DNA from: a virus
Lineage: Duplodnaviria > Heunggongvirae > Uroviricota > Caudoviricetes
Length of the DNA: 64,000 nucleotides
IMG/VR virus record: IMGVR_UViG_3300028592_000006
Coordinates: 1-64,000 of that record
Strand: one strand, 5' to 3'
A program made the translations under genes and the position numbers. The notes under the pieces were generated by a model. The model made no database searches and was not told the DNA's origin. It saw only the letters and a program-made list of their open reading frames with translations. Of this stretch, positions 36,955-44,390 are shown piece by piece (position 1 is the stretch's first letter; each line of letters begins with the position of its first letter).

Positions 36955-37526
36955 ACAACCTGACCACAAAGCTCGGAGCCGTGCAGGCAGAGCTTAAAGC
37001 TCCGAAGGATCAACGGAACACCTTCGGTAACTACAACTACCGATCTGCCGAAGGCATCCTTGAGGCCGTCAAGCCATTGCTGGCGAAGCATGGATTGGTG
37101 CTGGCCATCAGCGACACCATCGAGGCTATTGGTGGACGAATTTACGTGAAGGCCACTTCAAAGATCACAGATGGAGCCGACACCATTGAGGTGAGCGCCT
37201 ACGCCCGTGAGCCCGAGAACAAGAAGGGGGCAGATGAATCCCAGATCACCGGTGCCTGCTCGAGCTACGCCCGCAAATACTCGCTCAACGGCTTGTTCCT
37301 GATCGACGATACACGTGACCCAGATGCCACGAATGACCACGGCAAGGGGCAGCAGGAGCCCGAGAAGCCCAAGAGGCCGACCGTGGACCAGATCCTCACC
37401 TCCATCGCCCATGCCATGGACCTGCCGGCACTGGAGGAACTCAAGGGACGGATCAAGGCCACCGACCATGCCAACAACCCGAAGGTCAAGGAAGCCTACG
37501 AGGCCCGATCCAAGGAACTCTTCTAA
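36951..37526 (+). CDS. erf: Erf-family single-strand annealing protein
   Basis: ELKAPKDQRNTFGNYNYRSAEGILEAVKPLL...YVKATSKITDG...ENKKGADESQITGACSSYARKYSLNGLFLIDD closely parallels the conserved P22 Erf core. Confidence 0.85.
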   Translation: MNNLTTKLGAVQAELKAPKDQRNTFGNYNYRSAEGILEAVKPLLAKHGLVLAISDTIEAIGGRIYVKATSKITDGADTIEVSAYAREPENKKGADESQITGACSSYARKYSLNGLFLIDDTRDPDATNDHGKGQQEPEKPKRPTVDQILTSIAHAMDLPALEELKGRIKATDHANNPKVKEAYEARSKELF

Positions 37527-37550
37527 CCAAACCAACAAAACAGACACACA

Positions 37551-37832
37551 ATGAGCGCCATCATCGCAATTTCGTTCAAGAAGGACGACCTGGCCAAGCT
37601 CCAGGCAAACCCGAAGGGCTACGTCAACCTGACCGCCATGGTCGATGACAAGAACGGCAAGTTCGGCCACAACGTCTCGATCATCATTGAGCAGACCAAG
37701 GAGGAGCGCGACGCCAAGGCCAAGCGGGTTTATGTCGGAAGCGGCAAGGTGGTTTACGTCGGCCGCGACGGCATCAAGACCGCCAAAGAGCTGGAAAGCG
37801 AGAATGCCCCGAATCCCGGCGACCCCTGGTAA
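37551..37832 (+). CDS. Hypothetical protein (possible ssDNA-binding partner of Erf by position)
   Basis: 93 aa between erf and dnaB; function inferred from position only. Confidence 0.45.
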   Translation: MSAIIAISFKKDDLAKLQANPKGYVNLTAMVDDKNGKFGHNVSIIIEQTKEERDAKAKRVYVGSGKVVYVGRDGIKTAKELESENAPNPGDPW

Positions 37833-37835
37833 TCC

Positions 37836-39140
37836 ATGAGCGAACCTGTCCAGATTCCGCAGTCGGAGCCTTCGGAGAAGTTCGTCATTTCCTCGTTCCT
37901 CCGGGACCCCTCGCTTATCGAGGAGTTCCCGGTGGAACCGGAGTGGTTCTTCCATCCCGGCAGACAGTTGATCCTCCAGACGATGCTGGATACCCGCATC
38001 CTCGACATCGCCCTGCTGGCCCAGCACATGGCCGACAAGGGGACCTTGGAGAGGGTGGGTGGTCCGGCCGAGATTGCCGGACTGCTCAACTACGCACAGG
38101 GGCCGGGGTTCAAGCAGCACCACAGGGAACTGAGGAACAAGCATGCCCGCAGGCTGGCCATCAATGCCCTCACGGCGGCGCTGAAGGCCTCTTACGACTG
38201 CGCGGACGACAACTGGCTGGACAAGCTCTCGGAGCCGCTCACCAGGGTCTTTGACGCTGCCAACGGGATCAAGCCGGTCCACAACCTCAAGCAACTGTCG
38301 GAGGACTTTCTCAAGCAATTCCTGGCGAAGGTGGAGGGAAAGGAAATGCCGATGGGTATTCCATTCGGCATCCCGATGATTGACGAGAAGCTTCGCGGAA
38401 TGCATTCCCAGCATTACGGGATCATTTCGGGGAGAAGCGGTTCTGGCAAATCAACCCTTGCGGTGGAAGTGTGGGGTAATCTTGCCGATGTCCACACCGG
38501 CGGGCTCTACCTCATTCTTGAGAGGACTGAGTCATCTGCATTCGCCAAAGCAGTCATCCAGGTGGCCAAGCTCCATCATGCCGCCATTGTCGATCCTATC
38601 GGCTACTGCGCCAGCCGCCAACAAAAGGGCCTCAACAAGGAGGAATTGAAGGCAATCCGCGACGCGGTCCAGAAGCTTTCGGAATCCAACTTGCACATCC
38701 GCAAGCCTCAATCCAGGGGTATTCATGAAATCACCGCGGAGATCCGCCGCTACGTCCGGCTGCACGGGGTCAAGGTGGTGTTTGTGGACCAGATCGGCCT
38801 GATCCGCGGGGATCGCTTCAAGGGGGAAACCCAGGAAGCGGAGCTGCGCAGGACATCAAACACCTTGCAGGAACTCAGTGACGAGCTTCACATCACCATC
38901 GTGGTCCTCTGCCAGGAGAACTTCGAGGGTGAGACCAAGAACGCCCGTGCGATAGAGGAAGACGCGGATTGGTGGTTGTCCATCGTGCAGGAGCGGGACA
39001 AACAGAAAGCTAACTTCGGGGAGCACAAGCACATCCTCATCGCCAAGGACAGCCATAACGGCCATGGAGGAGTGAGGCTTCCGCTGGTGCTCGACAAGGG
39101 AAGCCTGCGCTTCACCTACAAGCCCAATGCCGACGTGTGA
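37836..39140 (+). CDS. dnaB: DnaB-like replicative helicase
   Basis: N-terminal DnaB-like domain; Walker A GRSGSGKSTLA, Walker B VVFVDQIGLI, VVLCQENFEGETKNA; antisense ORF 37158-38414 is spurious. Confidence 0.8.
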   Translation: MSEPVQIPQSEPSEKFVISSFLRDPSLIEEFPVEPEWFFHPGRQLILQTMLDTRILDIALLAQHMADKGTLERVGGPAEIAGLLNYAQGPGFKQHHRELRNKHARRLAINALTAALKASYDCADDNWLDKLSEPLTRVFDAANGIKPVHNLKQLSEDFLKQFLAKVEGKEMPMGIPFGIPMIDEKLRGMHSQHYGIISGRSGSGKSTLAVEVWGNLADVHTGGLYLILERTESSAFAKAVIQVAKLHHAAIVDPIGYCASRQQKGLNKEELKAIRDAVQKLSESNLHIRKPQSRGIHEITAEIRRYVRLHGVKVVFVDQIGLIRGDRFKGETQEAELRRTSNTLQELSDELHITIVVLCQENFEGETKNARAIEEDADWWLSIVQERDKQKANFGEHKHILIAKDSHNGHGGVRLPLVLDKGSLRFTYKPNADV

Positions 39141-39217
39141 ACGATCAAGATCACGGAGCGCCGGACACGGCGGCGACTCCACCTAACAAGCAATAACCGG
39201 CGCTTCCGTGCAGCGCC

Positions 39218-39517
39218 TTGTTCGACGCCATGAAACTGACCTACGGAGACGGAAATTTGCAGACCCAACAAGGGAAACTCGCGAACGGAAATCGGTGCAT
39301 CTGCATCACGAAACACGATCAAGGCCGATCCATTGGCTTCGTGCCGAAGGAGTGGGAAGCCGTAGTCGAAGAGGACTCAATCGACGCGATTCTTGAGTTC
39401 AAAAACATTCAGTCAGCGCGGACGCTCCAAGACGAACTAGGAGAGATGATTGCGATCTGGAGCCGCGAGCAAGGCCGCGAATTGCCAGAGTCGAATACCC
39501 CGGATCAGGCACCGTAG
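39218..39517 (+). CDS. Hypothetical protein
   Basis: 99 aa. Confidence 0.4.
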   Translation: MFDAMKLTYGDGNLQTQQGKLANGNRCICITKHDQGRSIGFVPKEWEAVVEEDSIDAILEFKNIQSARTLQDELGEMIAIWSREQGRELPESNTPDQAP

Positions 39518-39551
39518 GTTGCCTGCATCCAACGGTTCAACCCAACAAATT

Positions 39552-40004
39552 ATGAAGGTATTGTTTTTAGATTGTGACGGTGTGCTTAACACCCGTCCGG
39601 GATCATTGGATGAAGACAAGCTGGCGATGCTTGCAGGCATCGTGAATGAAACGGCCTGTGACGTGGTTGTGTCCTCATCATGGAGGACGGTCCCGCACAT
39701 GCTCAAAAGGCTGTCAGAAGCCCTTTTGGATCGCCAGGTGGTCATCCACGGGGTGACTCCGGAGCTTTCCTCGACCCCCCTTCCATGGGGGTTCTCGATG
39801 GAGCGCCCACGCCATGAGGAAATCACCGCATGGTTGCTCAAGCACCCGGAGGTGGAGTCCTACTGCATCCTCGACGACATGAGCTACGCCGACGATGGAT
39901 CAGGGAGGTTTGTCCAAACCAACGCGCACGAGGGTTTGACCGACAAGGCGGCTCAAACGGTCATTGGCACCCTGCTCCAACCTTTAGTTCCGACTAACGC
40001 ATGA
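39552..40004 (+). CDS. HAD-superfamily phosphatase-like protein
   Basis: Motif I LFLDCDGVLN (DxDGxL); internal Met MKVLFLDCDG of ORF 39450-40004. Confidence 0.55.
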   Translation: MKVLFLDCDGVLNTRPGSLDEDKLAMLAGIVNETACDVVVSSSWRTVPHMLKRLSEALLDRQVVIHGVTPELSSTPLPWGFSMERPRHEEITAWLLKHPEVESYCILDDMSYADDGSGRFVQTNAHEGLTDKAAQTVIGTLLQPLVPTNA

Positions 40005-40345
40005 TCGACCTGGCCAAGCTTGAAGCCCACCGTCGCACCTTCGGCAAGGGTCGTGGCAACCGCGGCGACGAACACCCCGGCACCTTCGACATCCGGGTCG
40101 GGGGCGGACGGCACATGGAAGCCCGCACCATCACCGTGCGGGTGGACTCGATTGACGGCTGGAACCGGCTGCGGGTCTCGGTGAGACTCTCCCGGCACAA
40201 CCGCCGTCCCGACATCTACGAGCTGGCACGGGTGCGCCAGTTGTTCTTCCATCCCATGGAGACGGTTCTCCACTGGGTCCACAACAACGGGGATGAATAC
40301 CTCGACCTATGGGAGCCGCCCAACCCGATCCAACCACCGCAATGA
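40001..40345 (+). CDS. Hypothetical protein
   Basis: 114 aa. Confidence 0.4.
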   Translation: MIDLAKLEAHRRTFGKGRGNRGDEHPGTFDIRVGGGRHMEARTITVRVDSIDGWNRLRVSVRLSRHNRRPDIYELARVRQLFFHPMETVLHWVHNNGDEYLDLWEPPNPIQPPQ

Positions 40346-40611
40346 CCGACCAAACCAACAAGCTGCTGGCCTCCTTCGTGGAGAGCCTTTCCACCATTTC
40401 CTACAACGAGGTGCTGGAGGCGCTCAACATCCTGTCCGTGCGCCTCTTTGTCTGTGCTCCGCAGAATACCGGTATGGAAGCCCTGGAGGAATGCCATCGC
40501 GTTCAAAAGGAACTTCTGCTCAAATTCCTCGGTGAGAAGGAAAACACGTCCCAAAAGCTGGCTGAAGGCATTCGTGGATTCGGTGAACTCGGAGGAGAAT
40601 CCTCCAACTAG
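40342..40611 (+). CDS. Hypothetical protein
   Basis: Internal Met MTDQTNKLL. Confidence 0.4.
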   Translation: MTDQTNKLLASFVESLSTISYNEVLEALNILSVRLFVCAPQNTGMEALEECHRVQKELLLKFLGEKENTSQKLAEGIRGFGELGGESSN

Positions 40612-40636
40612 TGATTCCGGGGCCGGGAAGGCACCT

Positions 40637-40999
40637 GTGAGCCGTCGCAAGCGTCCTCCGCTGTCATCTACCCGGAAAGACCTGCTGCGGCGATACGATG
40701 CCTCCTACGCGTCAATTCCGGATGTGGTCCAATGTGCCTACTGCGGAGGACTCATGAGAAAGGACAACGGGGAAAGACATCACCCTGCCGGCCGTCGCAA
40801 GACCTCCTTCCTGTTTACCTACATCCTGCACTCGCATTGCCACCTAGCTGTTCACTCGGAGCCGGGCAAGGCAACCCTGCTGGGACTGCTCTGGTCCGGT
40901 CGCAACTCGAAGGTGTTCACTGAACAGGACGCAAGGAAGCTGGTGGCGATGTGCCCCCATCCCCCGCAGTATGCGCTTGAAATCTTTAGCCACGACTAA
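40637..40999 (+). CDS. NinG/Rap-like HNH-type endonuclease (start uncertain; ORF track frame begins at 40448)
   Basis: CAYCGG ... ERHHPAGRR ... HCHLAVH pattern resembles lambda NinG family; GTG start chosen to avoid a long overlap with the previous gene. Confidence 0.4.
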   Translation: MSRRKRPPLSSTRKDLLRRYDASYASIPDVVQCAYCGGLMRKDNGERHHPAGRRKTSFLFTYILHSHCHLAVHSEPGKATLLGLLWSGRNSKVFTEQDARKLVAMCPHPPQYALEIFSHD

Positions 41000-41001
41000 C
41001 C

Positions 41002-41268
41002 ATGGGTTCAGATAATTTCCGCGAATGGAAACGCTCGCCTTGTTCGTTCTGCGGCAAGGAGCAGGGCGGGATGATGGGCAGCTCCTGCTGGACCCACCGG
41101 TTCATGTGTTGTTCTGAGGAATGCGGGAAGGCGCTTGGCGAGGCCTTGAAGGAAAACGAGAACACCAGGGAATACCAAGACGCCTTGCAGAAATCCCGAA
41201 TCATCCAACAGAAGCTCTGGTTGGTCCGACGCCGAGGACTAAAACACCTTCCACTACATGATCCATGA
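41002..41268 (+). CDS. Cys-rich small protein (CSFCGK ... CCSEECGK)
   Basis: 88 aa. Confidence 0.4.
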   Translation: MGSDNFREWKRSPCSFCGKEQGGMMGSSCWTHRFMCCSEECGKALGEALKENENTREYQDALQKSRIIQQKLWLVRRRGLKHLPLHDP

Positions 41269-41437
41269 AAGACCTCTACTCCAACTGGCCCGAGGGCTGG
41301 CATTACGACGAGCATGACGGGCGGGTGTACGATGACGCCCATTTCTCGAGCTTCAGCTTCCCGGCGTTCGTCAAAAACTTCGACCTCAAGCGAAAGGAAC
41401 CCGATGAGCAACCTGAGCCAGGAAAAGCTGGATGAGA
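41265..41437 (+). CDS. Small hypothetical protein
   Basis: 57-codon ORF starting ATGAAAGACC with ATGA coupling; overlaps next gene. Confidence 0.25.
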
Positions 41438-41997
41438 TTTACCAGAAGCTTATTTCAGCGAAATCAACTCCCATCGGATTCGATCCGAAAACCACCGTTC
41501 CCCAATTCTTCTTTATGACCGCACAGAACAAAGAACGCCCGTATGGGCACGCAACCTCCCTGCTTGAAGCCGAAATTTTGATGTCTCACCCCGTGGGGGA
41601 CGACAGCGAGCAAACAACGGCTTACCTCGACGAGAAGCGCAAGCAACTGGAAGATGCCCGCACGCTGCTGGTCTCCGGCCAGATTGGAGGCTTCGGTGCC
41701 TTGGTGTCGCTCGTGCGAGCTTGGGGTGAGGACAAGGGCCTGACGGGAGCCAACGGCAAGGCCACGGTGTTCGGCCAGTTCGAGAAGCTGGAGGAGGAAA
41801 AGGAGGAACTCCGCGGAGCCCTCAATGATTCCAACTTCGAGGAGATCGAAGATGCCATCGGGGACTGCACGGTGGTTCTCATCCTGCTCGCGGAGCTGGC
41901 CGGAACACGCTTCGAGAAGTGTCTGCAAGGTGCCTACGACATCATCAAGCACCGCACTGGCAAGATGGTTGGCGGTGTCTTCCAAAAAGACCAATGA
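41404..41997 (+). CDS. MazG-like nucleoside triphosphate pyrophosphohydrolase
   Basis: QFEKLEEEKEELRGAL ... EIEDAIGDCTVVLILLAELAG matches the all-alpha MazG/HisE EExxE...D signature. Confidence 0.7.
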   Translation: MSNLSQEKLDEIYQKLISAKSTPIGFDPKTTVPQFFFMTAQNKERPYGHATSLLEAEILMSHPVGDDSEQTTAYLDEKRKQLEDARTLLVSGQIGGFGALVSLVRAWGEDKGLTGANGKATVFGQFEKLEEEKEELRGALNDSNFEEIEDAIGDCTVVLILLAELAGTRFEKCLQGAYDIIKHRTGKMVGGVFQKDQ

Positions 41998-42212
41998 ACT
42001 ACGATATTAAGCTAACCTGTGTTCGAGTAGGAAAAGATCCGGAACTCAAGCTTCTTGCGGTGATTCGCGACAGCGAGGAGAAATGGAATAAACAAGCTTC
42101 CATAGACGTTGAGTCCGAGGAGGATGCCATCGAAAAGATACCGAGCTTCCTGATGCAGCTCGGTATGGTTCTCTACGAGCATGAGGCCGGGAAAGCCAAA
42201 CAGATCACCTGA
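41994..42212 (+). CDS. Hypothetical protein
   Basis: 72 aa. Confidence 0.4.
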   Translation: MNYDIKLTCVRVGKDPELKLLAVIRDSEEKWNKQASIDVESEEDAIEKIPSFLMQLGMVLYEHEAGKAKQIT

Positions 42213-42280
42213 GTGAAAGCTGTGCCACACTCTAGCATGCTGGAGGCCACAAATCATACGCATGCCAAACCATTGAATCC

Positions 42281-42928
42281 ATGAACAACAACCTGACCGA
42301 CATTACGCTCGTCATCGACCGCTCCGGCTCGATGCAATCCATGAAGAAGGACGCCGAAGGCGGCATTGCCAACTTCATCGAGGAACAACGCAAGGCACCC
42401 GGGGAAGCCCGCCTCACCCTCGTCCAATTCGATGACGTGGTGGAGACTGTCTATACTGCGGGAGACATTCGCTACACCCCGGCATGGGAACTCAAGCCTC
42501 GTGGTTCCACCGCCCTGCTGGACGCCTTGGGCAAGACCATCACGGACACCGGCAAGCGTCTTGCAGCCATTCCGGAAGCCGAGCGCCCGGATCTCGTCAC
42601 CTTCGTCATCGTCACTGACGGCGGGGAGAATGCCTCGAAGGAATTCAAGCGTGACAAGATCAATGCGATGATCCGGGAACAACAGGACACCTACAAATGG
42701 CAGTTCGTGTTCCTTGCAGCCAATCAGGATGCCTTCGCGGAAGCCGGCTCTCTGGGCATCAACCTGGGCAAGGTGAGCAACTACGGTTCACAGAACTCGA
42801 AGCAGGCTTACGACAATGCCTCGAAGATGGTCAGCCAGCTCCGGGCCACAGCATCAGTGGGTGGAGATGTGACCATGGCGGCTTTCTCCGCTGAGGACCG
42901 CAAGGAAATGGAAACCCCGACCCACTGA
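42281..42928 (+). CDS. von Willebrand factor A (VWA) domain protein
   Basis: MIDAS-type motifs LVIDRSGSM, GSTALLDAL, VIVTDGGEN. Confidence 0.7.
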   Translation: MNNNLTDITLVIDRSGSMQSMKKDAEGGIANFIEEQRKAPGEARLTLVQFDDVVETVYTAGDIRYTPAWELKPRGSTALLDALGKTITDTGKRLAAIPEAERPDLVTFVIVTDGGENASKEFKRDKINAMIREQQDTYKWQFVFLAANQDAFAEAGSLGINLGKVSNYGSQNSKQAYDNASKMVSQLRATASVGGDVTMAAFSAEDRKEMETPTH

Positions 42929-42932
42929 GACG

Positions 42933-43196
42933 ATGCGTGCCAAATTCGAAGTGCTGAACTGCCAGCAGATGTCCGACGCAACCGGTGCCGTCACCGCGGT
43001 GAAAGTGAAGATGCTGCCGGTCTCGGGAAACTACGACAAGGAGGGCTACAGCGAGGACAACGAGTTCTCGAAGTGGACCCCGTCCGGGATGATCGAGTTG
43101 GACATCACCAATCCCAACCTGTTCAACCGCTTCGAGCGGGGACAGAAATACTACGCCGACTTCACTGAGGTGGAGGAACCCGTTAGCCAGGGCTAA
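42933..43196 (+). CDS. Hypothetical protein
   Basis: 87 aa. Confidence 0.4.
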   Translation: MRAKFEVLNCQQMSDATGAVTAVKVKMLPVSGNYDKEGYSEDNEFSKWTPSGMIELDITNPNLFNRFERGQKYYADFTEVEEPVSQG

Positions 43197-43250
43197 TTCC
43201 AACCGTGGTGGCCTGCATGCAGCGGGCTGCCCCTTTCCTTTCCCAAGACC

Positions 43251-43808
43251 ATGCCAGCAAAGAAACAAGCCAAGAAAGCCGCCAAGAAGAAGCCGGCCGT
43301 CACCTTTGACGACGTGCTCGACCAGATGCCGTCCAATGTGGAGCCGGTGCCGGTGGACACCCGCGAGTCCCTTCCGATCTACCACCAGCTTGGCGAGGAG
43401 CCGGAGGTGGACCCGTCGGAGCTAATTGACGAGCCAGTGATGATTCCCCCGGCATTGCGTCAGGAGGCACCTGTGAGCGAGGGTGACCCATCTGTGGGAT
43501 CATCTCCCACCGCAAGCGAGAAAACGCCTCCTGATGGCCCTGAGGGCCAACCAGAGGCCATTCAGAATGTCCGGTTCCAGTCTCCCGACAAAACACTCCT
43601 CGAGGCCGCAGCCCACATCACCAACCTCCGGGAAATGGTCCGCACCATCTACGGCAAGGCCAAGCAACCGAAATACCGGTGCAGCTTCGACCAAACCCAG
43701 GTGAACATCTGGACCCGCCAGGCCGAAGAAGCGGAACGCTTCGTCGCCACCATCAAGTCCCACCTGAATGAAGAAGCGCAAGCAGAAGGACATCAACCGG
43801 CTGTTTAA
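43251..43808 (+). CDS. Hypothetical protein with Lys/Ala-rich N-terminus
   Basis: 185 aa. Confidence 0.45.
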   Translation: MPAKKQAKKAAKKKPAVTFDDVLDQMPSNVEPVPVDTRESLPIYHQLGEEPEVDPSELIDEPVMIPPALRQEAPVSEGDPSVGSSPTASEKTPPDGPEGQPEAIQNVRFQSPDKTLLEAAAHITNLREMVRTIYGKAKQPKYRCSFDQTQVNIWTRQAEEAERFVATIKSHLNEEAQAEGHQPAV

Positions 43809-44100
43809 ACTGCTCGGCTGGCACGGGGAGGCATTGTCTCCCCTGTCACCGGCGGATGCCGCGGAAGCCACCCATTGCATCCCCTCGCAGAAACCACCGA
43901 AGACATCCCGACAGGGCAAGGTCAACGGCTGCGGGAAGACCAGCTACACCAGCGAGAAGCACGCCAAACAAGCAGCGCGGCACCGCCTCAACAAGGGAGC
44001 CAACGTCAGCCGCTTGAGAGCCTACCGGTGCAACACCTGCAACCTGTGGCACCTGAGCAGCAAGGTGGATGGATTTGGAAGCAAACGAAAGAGAGCATGA
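43768..44100 (+). CDS. Hypothetical protein with zinc-ribbon-like C-terminus (CNTCNLWH)
   Basis: 110 aa; overlaps the previous gene. Confidence 0.4.
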   Translation: MKKRKQKDINRLFKLLGWHGEALSPLSPADAAEATHCIPSQKPPKTSRQGKVNGCGKTSYTSEKHAKQAARHRLNKGANVSRLRAYRCNTCNLWHLSSKVDGFGSKRKRA

Positions 44101-44330
44101 CCAACCCATTGCAAACCCAGGTGGCGGGAAGCCACTACAAGAACCTGCCAATCCAGCCGGTCGAGTTTTGCCAGAAGAACCAGTTCAACTACTTCGAGTC
44201 GGCCGTGATCAAATACGTGAGTCGGCATCGAGAGAAGAACGGCCGGCAGGACATCGAGAAGGCCATCCACTTCCTCCACCTGCTGCTAGAGCTGGAATAT
44301 CCGGTTGAAATCCCATCAGGGAATTCCTGA
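44097..44330 (+). CDS. DUF3310 protein
   Basis: GSHYKNLPIQPVEF...FESAVIKYVSRHREKNG..DIEKAIHFLHLLLE matches the DUF3310 consensus. Confidence 0.65.
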   Translation: MTNPLQTQVAGSHYKNLPIQPVEFCQKNQFNYFESAVIKYVSRHREKNGRQDIEKAIHFLHLLLELEYPVEIPSGNS

Positions 44331-44349
44331 CCCGTCTGAAAACAAAGAA

Positions 44350-44382
44350 GCCGGCCCCGTGATGGGACCGGCTCTTTTTTTG
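44350..44382. terminator. Bidirectional Rho-independent terminator between convergent modules
   Basis: GCCGGCCCC-GTGAT-GGGACCGGC flanked by T-runs on both strands (TCTTTTTTTG; CTTCTTTGTTTT on the complement). Confidence 0.65.
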
Positions 44383-44390
44383 TTTCAGCT

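Noticed and set aside
37158-38414. 418-aa minus-strand ORF
   Set aside because: Antisense of the dnaB gene, which has Walker A/B motifs on the plus strand.
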